Source: Clostridia bacterium (GTDB lineage Bacteria > Bacillota > Clostridia > JAAYHZ01). Taken from it: a stretch of 64,000 nucleotides of DNA. Position numbers and translations under genes: made by a program. Location of the stretch: assembly GCA_050950825.1 (NCBI GenBank), contig JBMNIH010000002.1, positions 160,001 to 224,000 of the forward strand, written 5' to 3'. Positions 9,824 to 18,891 of the stretch are shown here, piece after piece; the stretch's first letter is position 1, and the number at the start of each line of letters is the position of its first letter. The notes beneath the pieces were generated by a model. The model had not been told where the DNA came from. It ran no database searches and saw only the letters and a program-made list of their open reading frames with translations.

Positions 9824-12670
9824 ATGCAGCAAGACTATATTATCATACAAGGGGCAAAACAACATAATCTGAAAAACATAAACGTAAAAATCCCGCGAAA
9901 CAAGCTGGTGGTAATAACGGGAGTCAGCGGCTCGGGAAAGTCCTCCCTTGCCTTTGACACCATTTATGCCGAAGGCCAAAGAAGATACATCGAATCTTTA
10001 TCGGCTTACGCACGGCAGTTCTTAGGGCAGATGGATAAACCGGACGTGGAGTTTATCTCCGGCTTATCGCCTTCCATCTCCATAGACCAAAAATCAACCG
10101 GCAGAAATCCGCGCTCCACCGTCGGAACGGTAACGGAGATATTCGATTACTTACGGTTGCTCTACGCTTCCATCGGTATTCCTCATTGTCCGGATTGCGG
10201 AAAAGTAATCGCACAGCAAACCGTGGATCAAATGGTAGACGAAATCATGAAATACCCTGACGGAACGAGGCTGCAGATTTTGGCACCGGTGGTTCGTTCC
10301 CGCAAAGGCGATTACAGGCAGCTTTTTTCGGATATCGCTAAAAACGGGTTTGTTCGCGTTCGAGTCGACGGTGAAATAAGAGACGTAAACGAATCCATCG
10401 TTTTGGATCGGAATAAAAAGCATGACATTGAAGTTGTGGTAGACCGTATCATTACGAAGGAAGGCATACAAAAAAGATTGACCGAGTCTATCGAAACGGC
10501 GTTGAATTTAAGCGGCGGGCTTTTGATGGTGAACGTCATCGGCGGAGAAGACCGAATTTTTAACAAAAACCTTTCCTGTCCGGATTGCGGTATCAGCATC
10601 GAGGAATTGACTCCCCGTTCCTTTTCCTTTAATAACCCTTACGGTGCATGTCCCGTATGCTCCGGATTAGGAACGCTGCTGACCATCGACCCGGATTTGG
10701 TGATTCCCGATAAAAACTTGACTTTGCGAGAAGGAGCCATTAACGTAGGCGGTTGGAATTTCGCCAACGACAATTCCTATGCCCGTATGTATCTTGACGG
10801 CCTGAGCAAGCATTATCACTTCGATTTGGATACGCCCGTGAAGGACTTACCGGAGGAAATCGTTCGCATACTGCTGTATGGCTCCGGCGATGAAAAAATT
10901 AAAGTGGAATACGACAAGGATTACGGCAGCGGTTCCTATCACATCAACTTTGAAGGCGTCATCCGCAGTATGGAGAGAAGATACAAGGAAACCGGCTCGG
11001 ACGGAATGAAGCAATATTACGAAAGCTTTATGAGTAACGACGCATGTCCCGCATGCCAAGGAAAGCGTTTGAAGAAAGAAAGCTTGGCGGTAACCGTTAA
11101 CGGGCTGAATATTATGGAAGTATCCTCAAAATCCATCAGCGAAGCTATGGACTTTTTTAACAACCTTAAGCTTTCCTCCCGAGAAGAAATCATATCAAGG
11201 CAGATCGTAAAGGAAATAAAGGCGCGCCTGCAATTTCTCATTAACGTAGGCTTGAATTATCTGACGCTGTCTCGTCCTGCCGGCACCTTATCCGGCGGCG
11301 AGTCCCAGCGTATTCGGCTGGCTACGCAGGTAGGCTCCGGACTGGTAGGTGTTCTTTATATTCTCGACGAACCCAGCATCGGTTTGCATCAAAGAGACAA
11401 CAAAAAGCTTTTGGATACCCTTATTCATTTGAGAGATTTGGGTAATACCCTTATCGTAGTGGAGCACGACGAGGAAACCATGTATTATGCGGATCATATC
11501 ATTGATATCGGTCCGGGCGCCGGAGAACACGGAGGACGTATCGTTTGCGAAGGCCCGATTGAGGTTATAAAGCAGTGCGAGGAATCCTACACGGGACAGT
11601 ATTTAAGCGGAAAAAGAAAAATCGAGATACCGGAAAAGCGCAGAACTCCCAACGGTAAATACTTGGAAGTGATCAATGCTTCGGAGAACAACTTGAAAAA
11701 TCTGAACGTCAAAATTCCCATCGGTCTTTTTACCTGTGTAACGGGAGTTTCCGGATCCGGAAAAAGCACCTTGGTAAACAAAATCATATACCAAAGCCTT
11801 GCTACCTTGCTGAACGGAGCCAAGCTAAAGGCCGGGAAACACGACATGATCAAAGGTATAGGGTATCTTGACAAGGTGATCAATATCGACCAATCTCCCA
11901 TCGGGCGTACACCTCGATCCAACCCCGCCACCTATACGGGGGTTTTCGACCTTATTCGCGACCTGTTCGCACAGACGGTGGAAGCCAAGGTACGGGGATA
12001 CAGCAAGGGACGATTCAGCTTCAATGTTTCCGGAGGACGATGTGAAGCCTGCAAGGGAGACGGCATTGTCAAAATCGAGATGCATTTTCTCGCCGATGTT
12101 TACGTCCCCTGCGAGGTATGTAAAGGCAAAAGATACAATCGCGAAACGCTGGAAGTGAAGTATAAGGGAAAGAACATCTACGACGTATTAAACATGACCG
12201 TCGAAGACGCCTATGAATTTTTCGAGAATCAGTCCCGTATACAAAACAAGCTGAAAACCCTCATGGACGTCGGACTCGGATACATTCGGTTGGGTCAATC
12301 CTCTACAACGTTATCGGGAGGAGAAGCCCAAAGAATCAAGCTGGCCACCGAGCTTTCCAAAATCGCGACAGGTAAAACCTTGTACATTTTGGACGAGCCT
12401 ACGACGGGACTTCACATTCACGATATCCACCGCTTGATCAATATTCTGCAGCAGCTGACCGACGGCGGAAACACCGTATTGGTTATCGAGCATAATCTGG
12501 ATGTCATTAAAACCTGTGACTACATTATCGATTTGGGACCCGAAGGCGGAGACGAAGGGGGATATATCGTAGCCGAAGGTTCCCCCGAAGAGGTGGCTAA
12601 CGTAGAAGAATCCTATACCGGTCAATTTTTAAAAAAGATATTGGAAAAGAAAGAATTCCTTCGACCGTAA
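9824..12670 (+). CDS. uvrA: Excinuclease ABC subunit UvrA
   Basis: Two ABC modules ([36 protein letters not shown]), Zn fingers, 948 aa. Confidence 0.98.
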   Translation: MQQDYIIIQGAKQHNLKNINVKIPRNKLVVITGVSGSGKSSLAFDTIYAEGQRRYIESLSAYARQFLGQMDKPDVEFISGLSPSISIDQKSTGRNPRSTVGTVTEIFDYLRLLYASIGIPHCPDCGKVIAQQTVDQMVDEIMKYPDGTRLQILAPVVRSRKGDYRQLFSDIAKNGFVRVRVDGEIRDVNESIVLDRNKKHDIEVVVDRIITKEGIQKRLTESIETALNLSGGLLMVNVIGGEDRIFNKNLSCPDCGISIEELTPRSFSFNNPYGACPVCSGLGTLLTIDPDLVIPDKNLTLREGAINVGGWNFANDNSYARMYLDGLSKHYHFDLDTPVKDLPEEIVRILLYGSGDEKIKVEYDKDYGSGSYHINFEGVIRSMERRYKETGSDGMKQYYESFMSNDACPACQGKRLKKESLAVTVNGLNIMEVSSKSISEAMDFFNNLKLSSREEIISRQIVKEIKARLQFLINVGLNYLTLSRPAGTLSGGESQRIRLATQVGSGLVGVLYILDEPSIGLHQRDNKKLLDTLIHLRDLGNTLIVVEHDEETMYYADHIIDIGPGAGEHGGRIVCEGPIEVIKQCEESYTGQYLSGKRKIEIPEKRRTPNGKYLEVINASENNLKNLNVKIPIGLFTCVTGVSGSGKSTLVNKIIYQSLATLLNGAKLKAGKHDMIKGIGYLDKVINIDQSPIGRTPRSNPATYTGVFDLIRDLFAQTVEAKVRGYSKGRFSFNVSGGRCEACKGDGIVKIEMHFLADVYVPCEVCKGKRYNRETLEVKYKGKNIYDVLNMTVEDAYEFFENQSRIQNKLKTLMDVGLGYIRLGQSSTTLSGGEAQRIKLATELSKIATGKTLYILDEPTTGLHIHDIHRLINILQQLTDGGNTVLVIEHNLDVIKTCDYIIDLGPEGGDEGGYIVAEGSPEEVANVEESYTGQFLKKILEKKEFLRP

Positions 12671-12707
12671 TCCAATCTTTGATAATTGACAAATACACTT
12701 TGGCATG

Positions 12708-12745
12708 AAAAAAGGGAGATCGGGCAAAAGCCTTATCTCCCTTTA
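12708..12745. terminator. Intrinsic terminator between convergent uvrA and nrdD
   Basis: AAAAAAGGGAGAT...ATCTCCCTTT inverted repeat. Confidence 0.75.
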
Positions 12746-12751
12746 TGAATC

Positions 12752-15139
12752 CTATCGCAGAACGGCTACTTTTTTGACGCTGTCCGCAAACTCTCTGATT
12801 TGTTCCGATCCGATGTATTTTTTCACATTCTCACCGTTTACCACCACTACCGTAGGAACGGACATAATCCGGTATTTCTCCGTTAAGTCCTGCCGTTCCC
12901 GAGCGTTGACTTCTTGGATCCCTTCAATGCCTTTCAGAATGCTTTTTGCCGTCGGGCATTGAGGACAAGTGGGTGTCGTAAACAAATAGACTTGGGCTTG
13001 TCCGCGAATTTCACCGGTTTCTTTCTTTTGCTCGGCAGCCTTTGTATCTTTATCTTTTACTCCTAAAGATTTTTTATAGTCGTATTCCAGGCGGTGTTCA
13101 AATTCTTGTACCTTTCCGTCGTTCCAATTCTTCAACGGACGATAATAACCGGTGATTCTGCTGTAAACCTCCGTTTCCTTTCCGCAGGTAGGACAAGTGT
13201 ACACTTCTCCTGCTATATATCCGCAATTTTGACAGATGGCATAAGTAGGCGAAAGCGTATAATACGGCAATCTGTAATTGTCGGATATTTTCTTAACCAA
13301 ATTCATGGTGGTACGCCAGTCGGATACCTTCTCTCCTAGGAATACATGGAACACGGTTCCGCTGGTATATTGAATTTGGAACTCGTCCTGCAAATCAAGG
13401 GCTTCGAACACGTCATCCGTATATCCTACCGGCAGATGGGTGCTGTTGGTGTAGTAAGGCGTATCGCCTTTTTTGCCCGCGCAGATAATATCCGGATAGA
13501 TTTCACGGTCGTGTTTCGCCAAGCGGTACGTGGTGGATTCCGCCGGTGTGGCTTCCAAGTTAAACAGCGCACCGTATTCGTTCTGGTATTTTAACAGACG
13601 TTCTTTCATATGTTGCAGCACTTCCAGAGCGAATTTTCTCGCATTGGGTTTATCGATGGTTTCGCGGATCCACGATGCGTTCAAGCAGGCTTCATTCATA
13701 CCGATCAAACCGATGGTTGAAAAATGATTGTCAAAGGTTCCGAGATAAACCTTGGTATAGGGATACAGGTCTTTTTCCAAAAGCTTGGATATGACCTTCC
13801 TCTTTATATCCAAGGAGCGTGCCGCGATATCCATGGTACGGTCTAATGCGCTGTAGAATTGCTCTTCGTTTCCGCTTTCGTATGCGATACGAGGCAAGTT
13901 GATGGTAACGACACCGATGGAGCCGGTGCTTTCCCCCGAACCGAAATAACCTCCGGTCTTTTTACGCAATTCTCTTAAATCCAACCTCAGCCTGCAGCAC
14001 ATGCTGCGGATATCGCTAGGCTTCATATCGCTGTTCACATAATTCGAGAAGTACGGTGTCCCGTATTTGCTTGTCATTTCAAACAACAGCCTGTTGTTTT
14101 CCGTTTCCGACCAGTCGAAGTCTTTGGTAATGGAATATGTAGGAATGGGATATTGGAATCCTCTTCCGTGGGCATCCCCCTCTACCATAACTTCGATAAA
14201 CGCTTTATTAATAATATCCATTTCACGCTGGCATTCGCCGTACGTCAAATCGATTTGTTTTCCGCCGATATATACTTTTTCGTTTTTCAAATCCTCGGGG
14301 ACGGTCCAGTCCAAGGTGATGTTCGTAAAAGGAGCCTGCGATCCCCAACGGCTCGGTGTATTGACTCCAAAAACGAAGCTTTGGATACATTGCTTAACTT
14401 CCCTGTAAGGAAGATTATCCACTTTCACAAAGGGAGCCAAATAGGTATCAAAGCCGGAAAAAGCTTGGGCTCCGGCCCATTCGTTTTGCATGATACCCAA
14501 GAAATTTACCATTTGGTTGCATAAGGTGGACAAATGCTTAACGGGAGCAGAGGTGATCTTCCCCGGTACACCGCCTAAGCCTTGTTGAATTAACTGCTTT
14601 AAGGACCAACCCGCACAATACCCTGACAGCATGGACAAGTCGTGAATGTGGATTCTTGCTTGCTTGTGGGCTTGTGCAATCTCCTCGTCGTATACTTCTG
14701 ACAGCCAGTAGTTGGCGGTAATGGCGCCCGAATTGTGTAAAATCAAGCCTCCGATGGAATAATTGACGGTGGAGTTTTCTTTCACTCTCCAGTCTTCCTC
14801 TTTGACATAGCTGTCTACAAGCTTTTTATAATCAATGACCGTATTTTCAACGTTGCGGATTTTCTCTCTTTGCTTTCTATACAAGATATAGGCTTTCGCT
14901 ACGCGAGCAAAACCCGCTTGCTGCAATACGCTTTCTACGCAGTTTTGTATATCTTCTACGTGGATTTTGTTATCAAATACGTAATCTTGAAACTCTGCCG
15001 TTACCCTTAGCGCCAACAACTCCAATACGTCGTCACTCCACGCCGTACCCGTGGCTATAAAGGCCTTTTTCATCGCTTCGGAAATTCTTTTGATGTCGAA
15101 TGCTGCCGGTGATCCGTCTCTTTTTACTACCGTAATCAT
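12752..15139 (-). CDS. nrdD: Anaerobic (class III) ribonucleoside-triphosphate reductase with N-terminal ATP cone and C-terminal redoxin-like domain
   Basis: VVKRDG ATP cone, GYCAG, SMCCRL, CQNC/CPTC Zn site, glycyl-radical YSRITGYY, then TCPQCP...MSVPTVV; start ATG 15139 after GGAGGAG. Confidence 0.92.
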   Translation of the reverse strand: MITVVKRDGSPAAFDIKRISEAMKKAFIATGTAWSDDVLELLALRVTAEFQDYVFDNKIHVEDIQNCVESVLQQAGFARVAKAYILYRKQREKIRNVENTVIDYKKLVDSYVKEEDWRVKENSTVNYSIGGLILHNSGAITANYWLSEVYDEEIAQAHKQARIHIHDLSMLSGYCAGWSLKQLIQQGLGGVPGKITSAPVKHLSTLCNQMVNFLGIMQNEWAGAQAFSGFDTYLAPFVKVDNLPYREVKQCIQSFVFGVNTPSRWGSQAPFTNITLDWTVPEDLKNEKVYIGGKQIDLTYGECQREMDIINKAFIEVMVEGDAHGRGFQYPIPTYSITKDFDWSETENNRLLFEMTSKYGTPYFSNYVNSDMKPSDIRSMCCRLRLDLRELRKKTGGYFGSGESTGSIGVVTINLPRIAYESGNEEQFYSALDRTMDIAARSLDIKRKVISKLLEKDLYPYTKVYLGTFDNHFSTIGLIGMNEACLNASWIRETIDKPNARKFALEVLQHMKERLLKYQNEYGALFNLEATPAESTTYRLAKHDREIYPDIICAGKKGDTPYYTNSTHLPVGYTDDVFEALDLQDEFQIQYTSGTVFHVFLGEKVSDWRTTMNLVKKISDNYRLPYYTLSPTYAICQNCGYIAGEVYTCPTCGKETEVYSRITGYYRPLKNWNDGKVQEFEHRLEYDYKKSLGVKDKDTKAAEQKKETGEIRGQAQVYLFTTPTCPQCPTAKSILKGIEGIQEVNARERQDLTEKYRIMSVPTVVVVNGENVKKYIGSEQIREFADSVKKVAVLR

Positions 15140-15179
15140 ATGCTCCTCCATTACTATATATGTGATGTATGCCCATTTT

Positions 15180-15227
15180 ATACTATATATTGTGCCAAGT
15201 CAACACAATTCACACTACATTTTGTAC
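15180..15227 (-). promoter_or_regulatory. Tandem NrdR boxes upstream of nrdD
   Basis: ATACTATATATTGTGC (15180-15195) and ACACTACATTTTGTAC (15212-15227), 32 bp apart, resemble acaCwAtATaTwGtgt. Confidence 0.8.
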
Positions 15228-15334
15228 ATTTTTTGTAGCGTTCAATCTTTTTTTTACGATTACCAACTTAACCCCTAATTTTGATGATAACAATTATTAC
15301 CGAAGAATTCAACCGCGAAAAGAGTTAGGGTTTG

Positions 15335-15358
15335 TGATATAATCCGTAAATAGGAGGA
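15335..15358 (+). promoter_or_regulatory. Extended -10 promoter and RBS pointing into the IS110 (probably belongs to the 17342 gene)
   Basis: TGaTATAAT (15335-15343) and TAGGAGGA (15351-15358) with no substantial ORF behind them. Confidence 0.5.
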
Positions 15359-15583
15359 AATTATCACCTTGGTCCAAATAAATTGAAATAAATCAGTCAT
15401 TTACTAATTAAGAACCAGCTAATTAAAGTCAAGAGTTTATAATAAAAATTTTGAGAAATTTTTTTAGGCTCCTGACGTTAATGAAACGCATGACAACAAG
15501 ACCACCTAGGTGAGGTAGACATAAAATAGCTGGTCTAAAATAGCAAGTTGCTCTTTGAAAACTGAACATCAAGTACAGTACTA

Positions 15584-16873
15584 TCAAGCTGCTGTATGCT
15601 TTGCTGCAAGCATTTGAGCGTGTTCCTGGGGGCTGCGTAACTGGTAAGGTTTCCTATCCCTTAGAACAGCAAAGATGATACAAACAAGCTTGCGCATAAC
15701 AGCTCCCAAAGCTACTTTCTTAGGCTTACTCTGGCATTTTTGTTGGTAGAACTCCAGCAGCACAGGGTTGCAAGCTGTCTTATCCCGCTTGGTACGGATA
15801 TTAGCAAGAGCAATTGTGAAAAGCACCCTGCGAAGCAGCCTTGAACCTCTCTTAGACATCTTGTTCCGTGTGCCGGTAAACTCTCCGGACTGCATGACAG
15901 AGGGGTCAACGCCGAAATAAGCAACCAGCTTGCCTGGCTTTTTAAAGGCTGAAAAGTCTCCAATCTCCGCAAGAATAGTAGCAGCAGAGAGAAGGCCTAT
16001 ACCTGGCAGGCTCTGCAAAAGTTCAAGCGTCAATGCCAGCATGGGCATATCCTTCGCCATATCTTCAGCAATCAGTAGACGAATGGACTTAAGGACTTTC
16101 TCCAGGCTTTCTTCCAAGGTTTTGATCATGGAGATATATACGCCCAGCATAATAACATTTGAGGCATTATGAATGCTCAGAGGTGCAAAATCTCTGGCCT
16201 TGGAGACCAGAAGCTCATACTTGGCAGTTGACCATTTGAGGCTTTTGCGGGATTTCTTCTGAATCAGTGAAATCAGCTTGTTCCTGTCAGCCTTAAGAAT
16301 ATGGGCAGGAGTAGGATACTCCTCCAGGACAGCCATAGCAGCCTTTGAAAATATATTGGAGAAGACATCCTTGAAGTTAAGCATGAGTTGGTCAACAATA
16401 CCGGTAAGCCTGTTTTTGTAGGCGGTAAGCTCATCACTCAGTTTGTAGTACTGGCGACATAGGCTCCTTAGGCACTCAATATCCTCATTGGGGATGTTGG
16501 TTGACTTAAGTTCCTGAAATCTATAGAGTAGGGCAATTTTCCGGGCATCCACTTTATCATTTTTCACTTTTCTGATTCCAATATTTTTGATAGAATCAGT
16601 TTGGATGGGGTTTGTTACCGAAACCTCAAATCCAGCTTTACAAAGTGAATGGAAAAGGATTTTGTGATAGTGCCCGGTGGATTCCATGACTATGAAAGGC
16701 CTTGAAGCAAAATCTTTTTCCGTTTTATTAAGCAATTCAACGGCTCTTTCAACGTCGGTATTGGAATCATGGTGAATCTTCATGCGGGCAACCACTTCAT
16801 TGGTAGGAGAAAGAATCGCCATTTCACTGAAGAACTTACCCACATCAATTCCTGCAATGGGTCTGAAATTCAT
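15584..16873 (-). CDS. IS110-family transposase (DEDD/RuvC-fold recombinase)
   Basis: GIDVGK, MESTG and KNDKVDA acidic residues; SLPGIG..AATILAEIGD; C-terminal-domain GVDPSVMQSG serine; RBS AAGGAGG. Confidence 0.95.
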   Translation of the reverse strand: MNFRPIAGIDVGKFFSEMAILSPTNEVVARMKIHHDSNTDVERAVELLNKTEKDFASRPFIVMESTGHYHKILFHSLCKAGFEVSVTNPIQTDSIKNIGIRKVKNDKVDARKIALLYRFQELKSTNIPNEDIECLRSLCRQYYKLSDELTAYKNRLTGIVDQLMLNFKDVFSNIFSKAAMAVLEEYPTPAHILKADRNKLISLIQKKSRKSLKWSTAKYELLVSKARDFAPLSIHNASNVIMLGVYISMIKTLEESLEKVLKSIRLLIAEDMAKDMPMLALTLELLQSLPGIGLLSAATILAEIGDFSAFKKPGKLVAYFGVDPSVMQSGEFTGTRNKMSKRGSRLLRRVLFTIALANIRTKRDKTACNPVLLEFYQQKCQSKPKKVALGAVMRKLVCIIFAVLRDRKPYQLRSPQEHAQMLAAKHTAA

Positions 16874-16889
16874 TAAAATGCCTCCTTTT

Positions 16890-17092
16890 TAAGATTAATG
16901 GACTTAAAAGCCTCCATTCCTTCCCATGTAAGCAAACAACCTTGCATGTGACACGAGGAACCAGCCAAAGAGCTGGCCTCAACCAGCCAAATCATGTAGA
17001 CTTACCGGAATGGATAAATACTCTTTCTTACGGGTAATCGGCCCGCTAAGGTCCGTCCCAGGAGGTGAAACACTCACCTTCCAAGTCCGGAA
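16890..17092 (-). ncRNA. Predicted IS110 bridge RNA (boundaries approximate)
   Basis: Several hairpins; four short segments match the target left, target right, donor left and donor right sequences in IS621-like order; TATAAT on minus strand at 17101-17096. Confidence 0.7.
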
Positions 17093-17341
17093 GATATTAT
17101 ACATGATTGTCAAGGTTCAGGCCAACAGTTGCTGGCAAAATGGCTAAGATGTGAAGCCGGATGATGTGCTTGATGTTTAGAAAAGAATGAAGTTTGAAGT
17201 GTTATGTTAACAATGAATTTTAATGGGTCGAACAGTGGCTTCGGTCACTGATTTAATACAATATTAATTGTACAAGGCGGTGAAGAGTCCGGTTTTGTAA
17301 AGTCGATTTATCACAAAATCTGCAAAAACCGGGCGAATGGA

Positions 17342-18406
17342 ATGAAGACCAAAACAAAAAGCGGAAATGTCGGTTATGCCGTTGTGGGATTAGGCCGAGG
17401 AATGGATCATGTAAGGTGTGCGAGCAATTCAAAAAATTGCGATCTGCTTGCGGTTTGTGACATCAATCCGGAAACCTTTAAAAAGCTTGAAGGCAAGTAC
17501 GAAGCGGATACCTATACGGATATTGATGAAATGCTAAAAAGAGACGACATCGATATCGTCAGTATATGTACCCCCAGCGGTACCCATGCCGAATTGGCCA
17601 TGAAGGTTGCGGAAGCCGGAAAACATGCCATGCTGGAAAAACCTTTTGATATAACCTTGGATAAAATCGATGCTACGGTGAAGGCTTTTGCCGACAAAGG
17701 CTTAAAGCTCGGCTTAATTTTCCAAAACAGATTCGCTCCGGCTAATCGTAAGGCGAAGCAATTAATCGACGAAGGCGTTTTAGGAGACTTAATACTGGGA
17801 GTCGTTCAAGTAAAATGGTATCGAACCCAAGGTTACTATGACGCAAACGGCGGATGGCGTGGTACATGGGCAATGGACGGCGGCGGTTCTCTTATGAACC
17901 AAGGAATCCATACCGTCGATTTGTTCCAATGGATGATGGGACCCGTAAAATCCGTTTTTGCATATACCGATGTGGTAGCCCATAATATCGAAGCCGAAGA
18001 TATTACCGCTGCCGTATTGAAAATGAAAAACGGAGCGAAAGGAATCATTATCACTTCGACGGCTACATATCCCGGTTTCGGAACCACGTTGGACATTCAC
18101 GGCGTCAACGGCGGAATCTGCATGAAAAACAACGACATCATGGAGATTTCGTACAAGGGCGCTACCCAAGAAGAATTGGACAACATAATGAAAATTTACG
18201 GTCCCAACAAAGACATCGAATTTGCCGTTGCTTCCGATCCTTCGGTTATCAACAGGGATACCACCCACGTTCAAATACAAGATATGATTGATGCGGTTCT
18301 GGAAGATCGTCCTCCCGTGATTGAAGGTGCCGAAGGACGTCGTTCCGTAGAAATCATCAACGCCATATACGAATCCGCAAAAACAGGAAAGGAAATTTCC
18401 CTATAG
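17342..18406 (+). CDS. Gfo/Idh/MocA family oxidoreductase
   Basis: YAVVGLG, ICTPSGTH, EKP, WRGTW..DGGGSLMNQGIH.VD motifs. Confidence 0.92.
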   Translation: MKTKTKSGNVGYAVVGLGRGMDHVRCASNSKNCDLLAVCDINPETFKKLEGKYEADTYTDIDEMLKRDDIDIVSICTPSGTHAELAMKVAEAGKHAMLEKPFDITLDKIDATVKAFADKGLKLGLIFQNRFAPANRKAKQLIDEGVLGDLILGVVQVKWYRTQGYYDANGGWRGTWAMDGGGSLMNQGIHTVDLFQWMMGPVKSVFAYTDVVAHNIEAEDITAAVLKMKNGAKGIIITSTATYPGFGTTLDIHGVNGGICMKNNDIMEISYKGATQEELDNIMKIYGPNKDIEFAVASDPSVINRDTTHVQIQDMIDAVLEDRPPVIEGAEGRRSVEIINAIYESAKTGKEISL

Positions 18407-18416
18407 TCAATCAATT

Positions 18417-18456
18417 AAAAAACCGGCTTTTGCGAAAAACGCGAAGCCGGTTTTTT
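18417..18456. terminator. Bidirectional intrinsic terminator
   Basis: AAAAAACCGGCTT...AAGCCGGTTTTTT. Confidence 0.85.
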
Positions 18457-18525
18457 AACTCTACAGGAATAGGATAAAAAAATGCCGGTTGGAAAACATA
18501 TGCGGTGAAAGGAAGGTGATTTCTT

Positions 18526-18891
18526 TTGAGCGGCGTCATGCACGGGACGTACGGTTTGCTGCTGCTCCTGTTTTTAAGAGTCGTCATGGGTATTCGTTTC
18601 CCCGATTTTACAGGAACCGTATTCGGTGTTTTTTTCGGGTCCCTTTTTCCGAATACCGATATCATCGGAAGCCCCGATTCGTTGTTTCCCGTCATGAAAA
18701 TCTACCGGACTCGGCATTATCTTCATTCCTTGTTTTTCCTACTTACTACCTCATCCGTTTCTTATCTTCTTCACAAGGGCTTCGGAACAGGGGTTTTTAT
18801 CGGTTACGGCTTTCATCTGATTCTCGAAAGAATCAAAAGAAAATCCCTGCCCTGTCTTTGGTATCCCTACAAAACCCTTCGATTAAACTGA
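18526..18891 (+). CDS. Small membrane protein, divergent YdjM-like metal-dependent hydrolase
   Basis: RBS GAAAGGAAGGTGA before TTG; N-terminal His, GSLFPNTD, TRHYLHS and GYGFHLILE align to YdjM-family motifs; hydrophobic segments. Confidence 0.6.
   Translation: MSGVMHGTYGLLLLLFLRVVMGIRFPDFTGTVFGVFFGSLFPNTDIIGSPDSLFPVMKIYRTRHYLHSLFFLLTTSSVSYLLHKGFGTGVFIGYGFHLILERIKRKSLPCLWYPYKTLRLN

Larger units (their letters stand above)
15410..17276 (-). mobile_element. IS110-family element, apparently full length, bounded by a directly repeated CT(T) core
   Basis: Core AAG on + strand at 15410-15412 and 17274-17276. Joining the ends gives TTGACT-18 bp-TACAAT (circle-junction promoter). No long terminal IRs. 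Long non-coding end upstream of the transposase. Confidence 0.8.

Noticed and set aside
17096-17113. TTGACA-TATAAT pair on the minus strand in the IS110 left end
   Set aside because: The 6-bp spacer is too short for a -35/-10 pair; only the -10 was kept
15364-17283. TCACC/CCTTG ... CAAGG/GGTGA as terminal inverted repeats of the IS
   Set aside because: Short and gapped; the direct CT(T) core, junction promoter and guide matches define different ends
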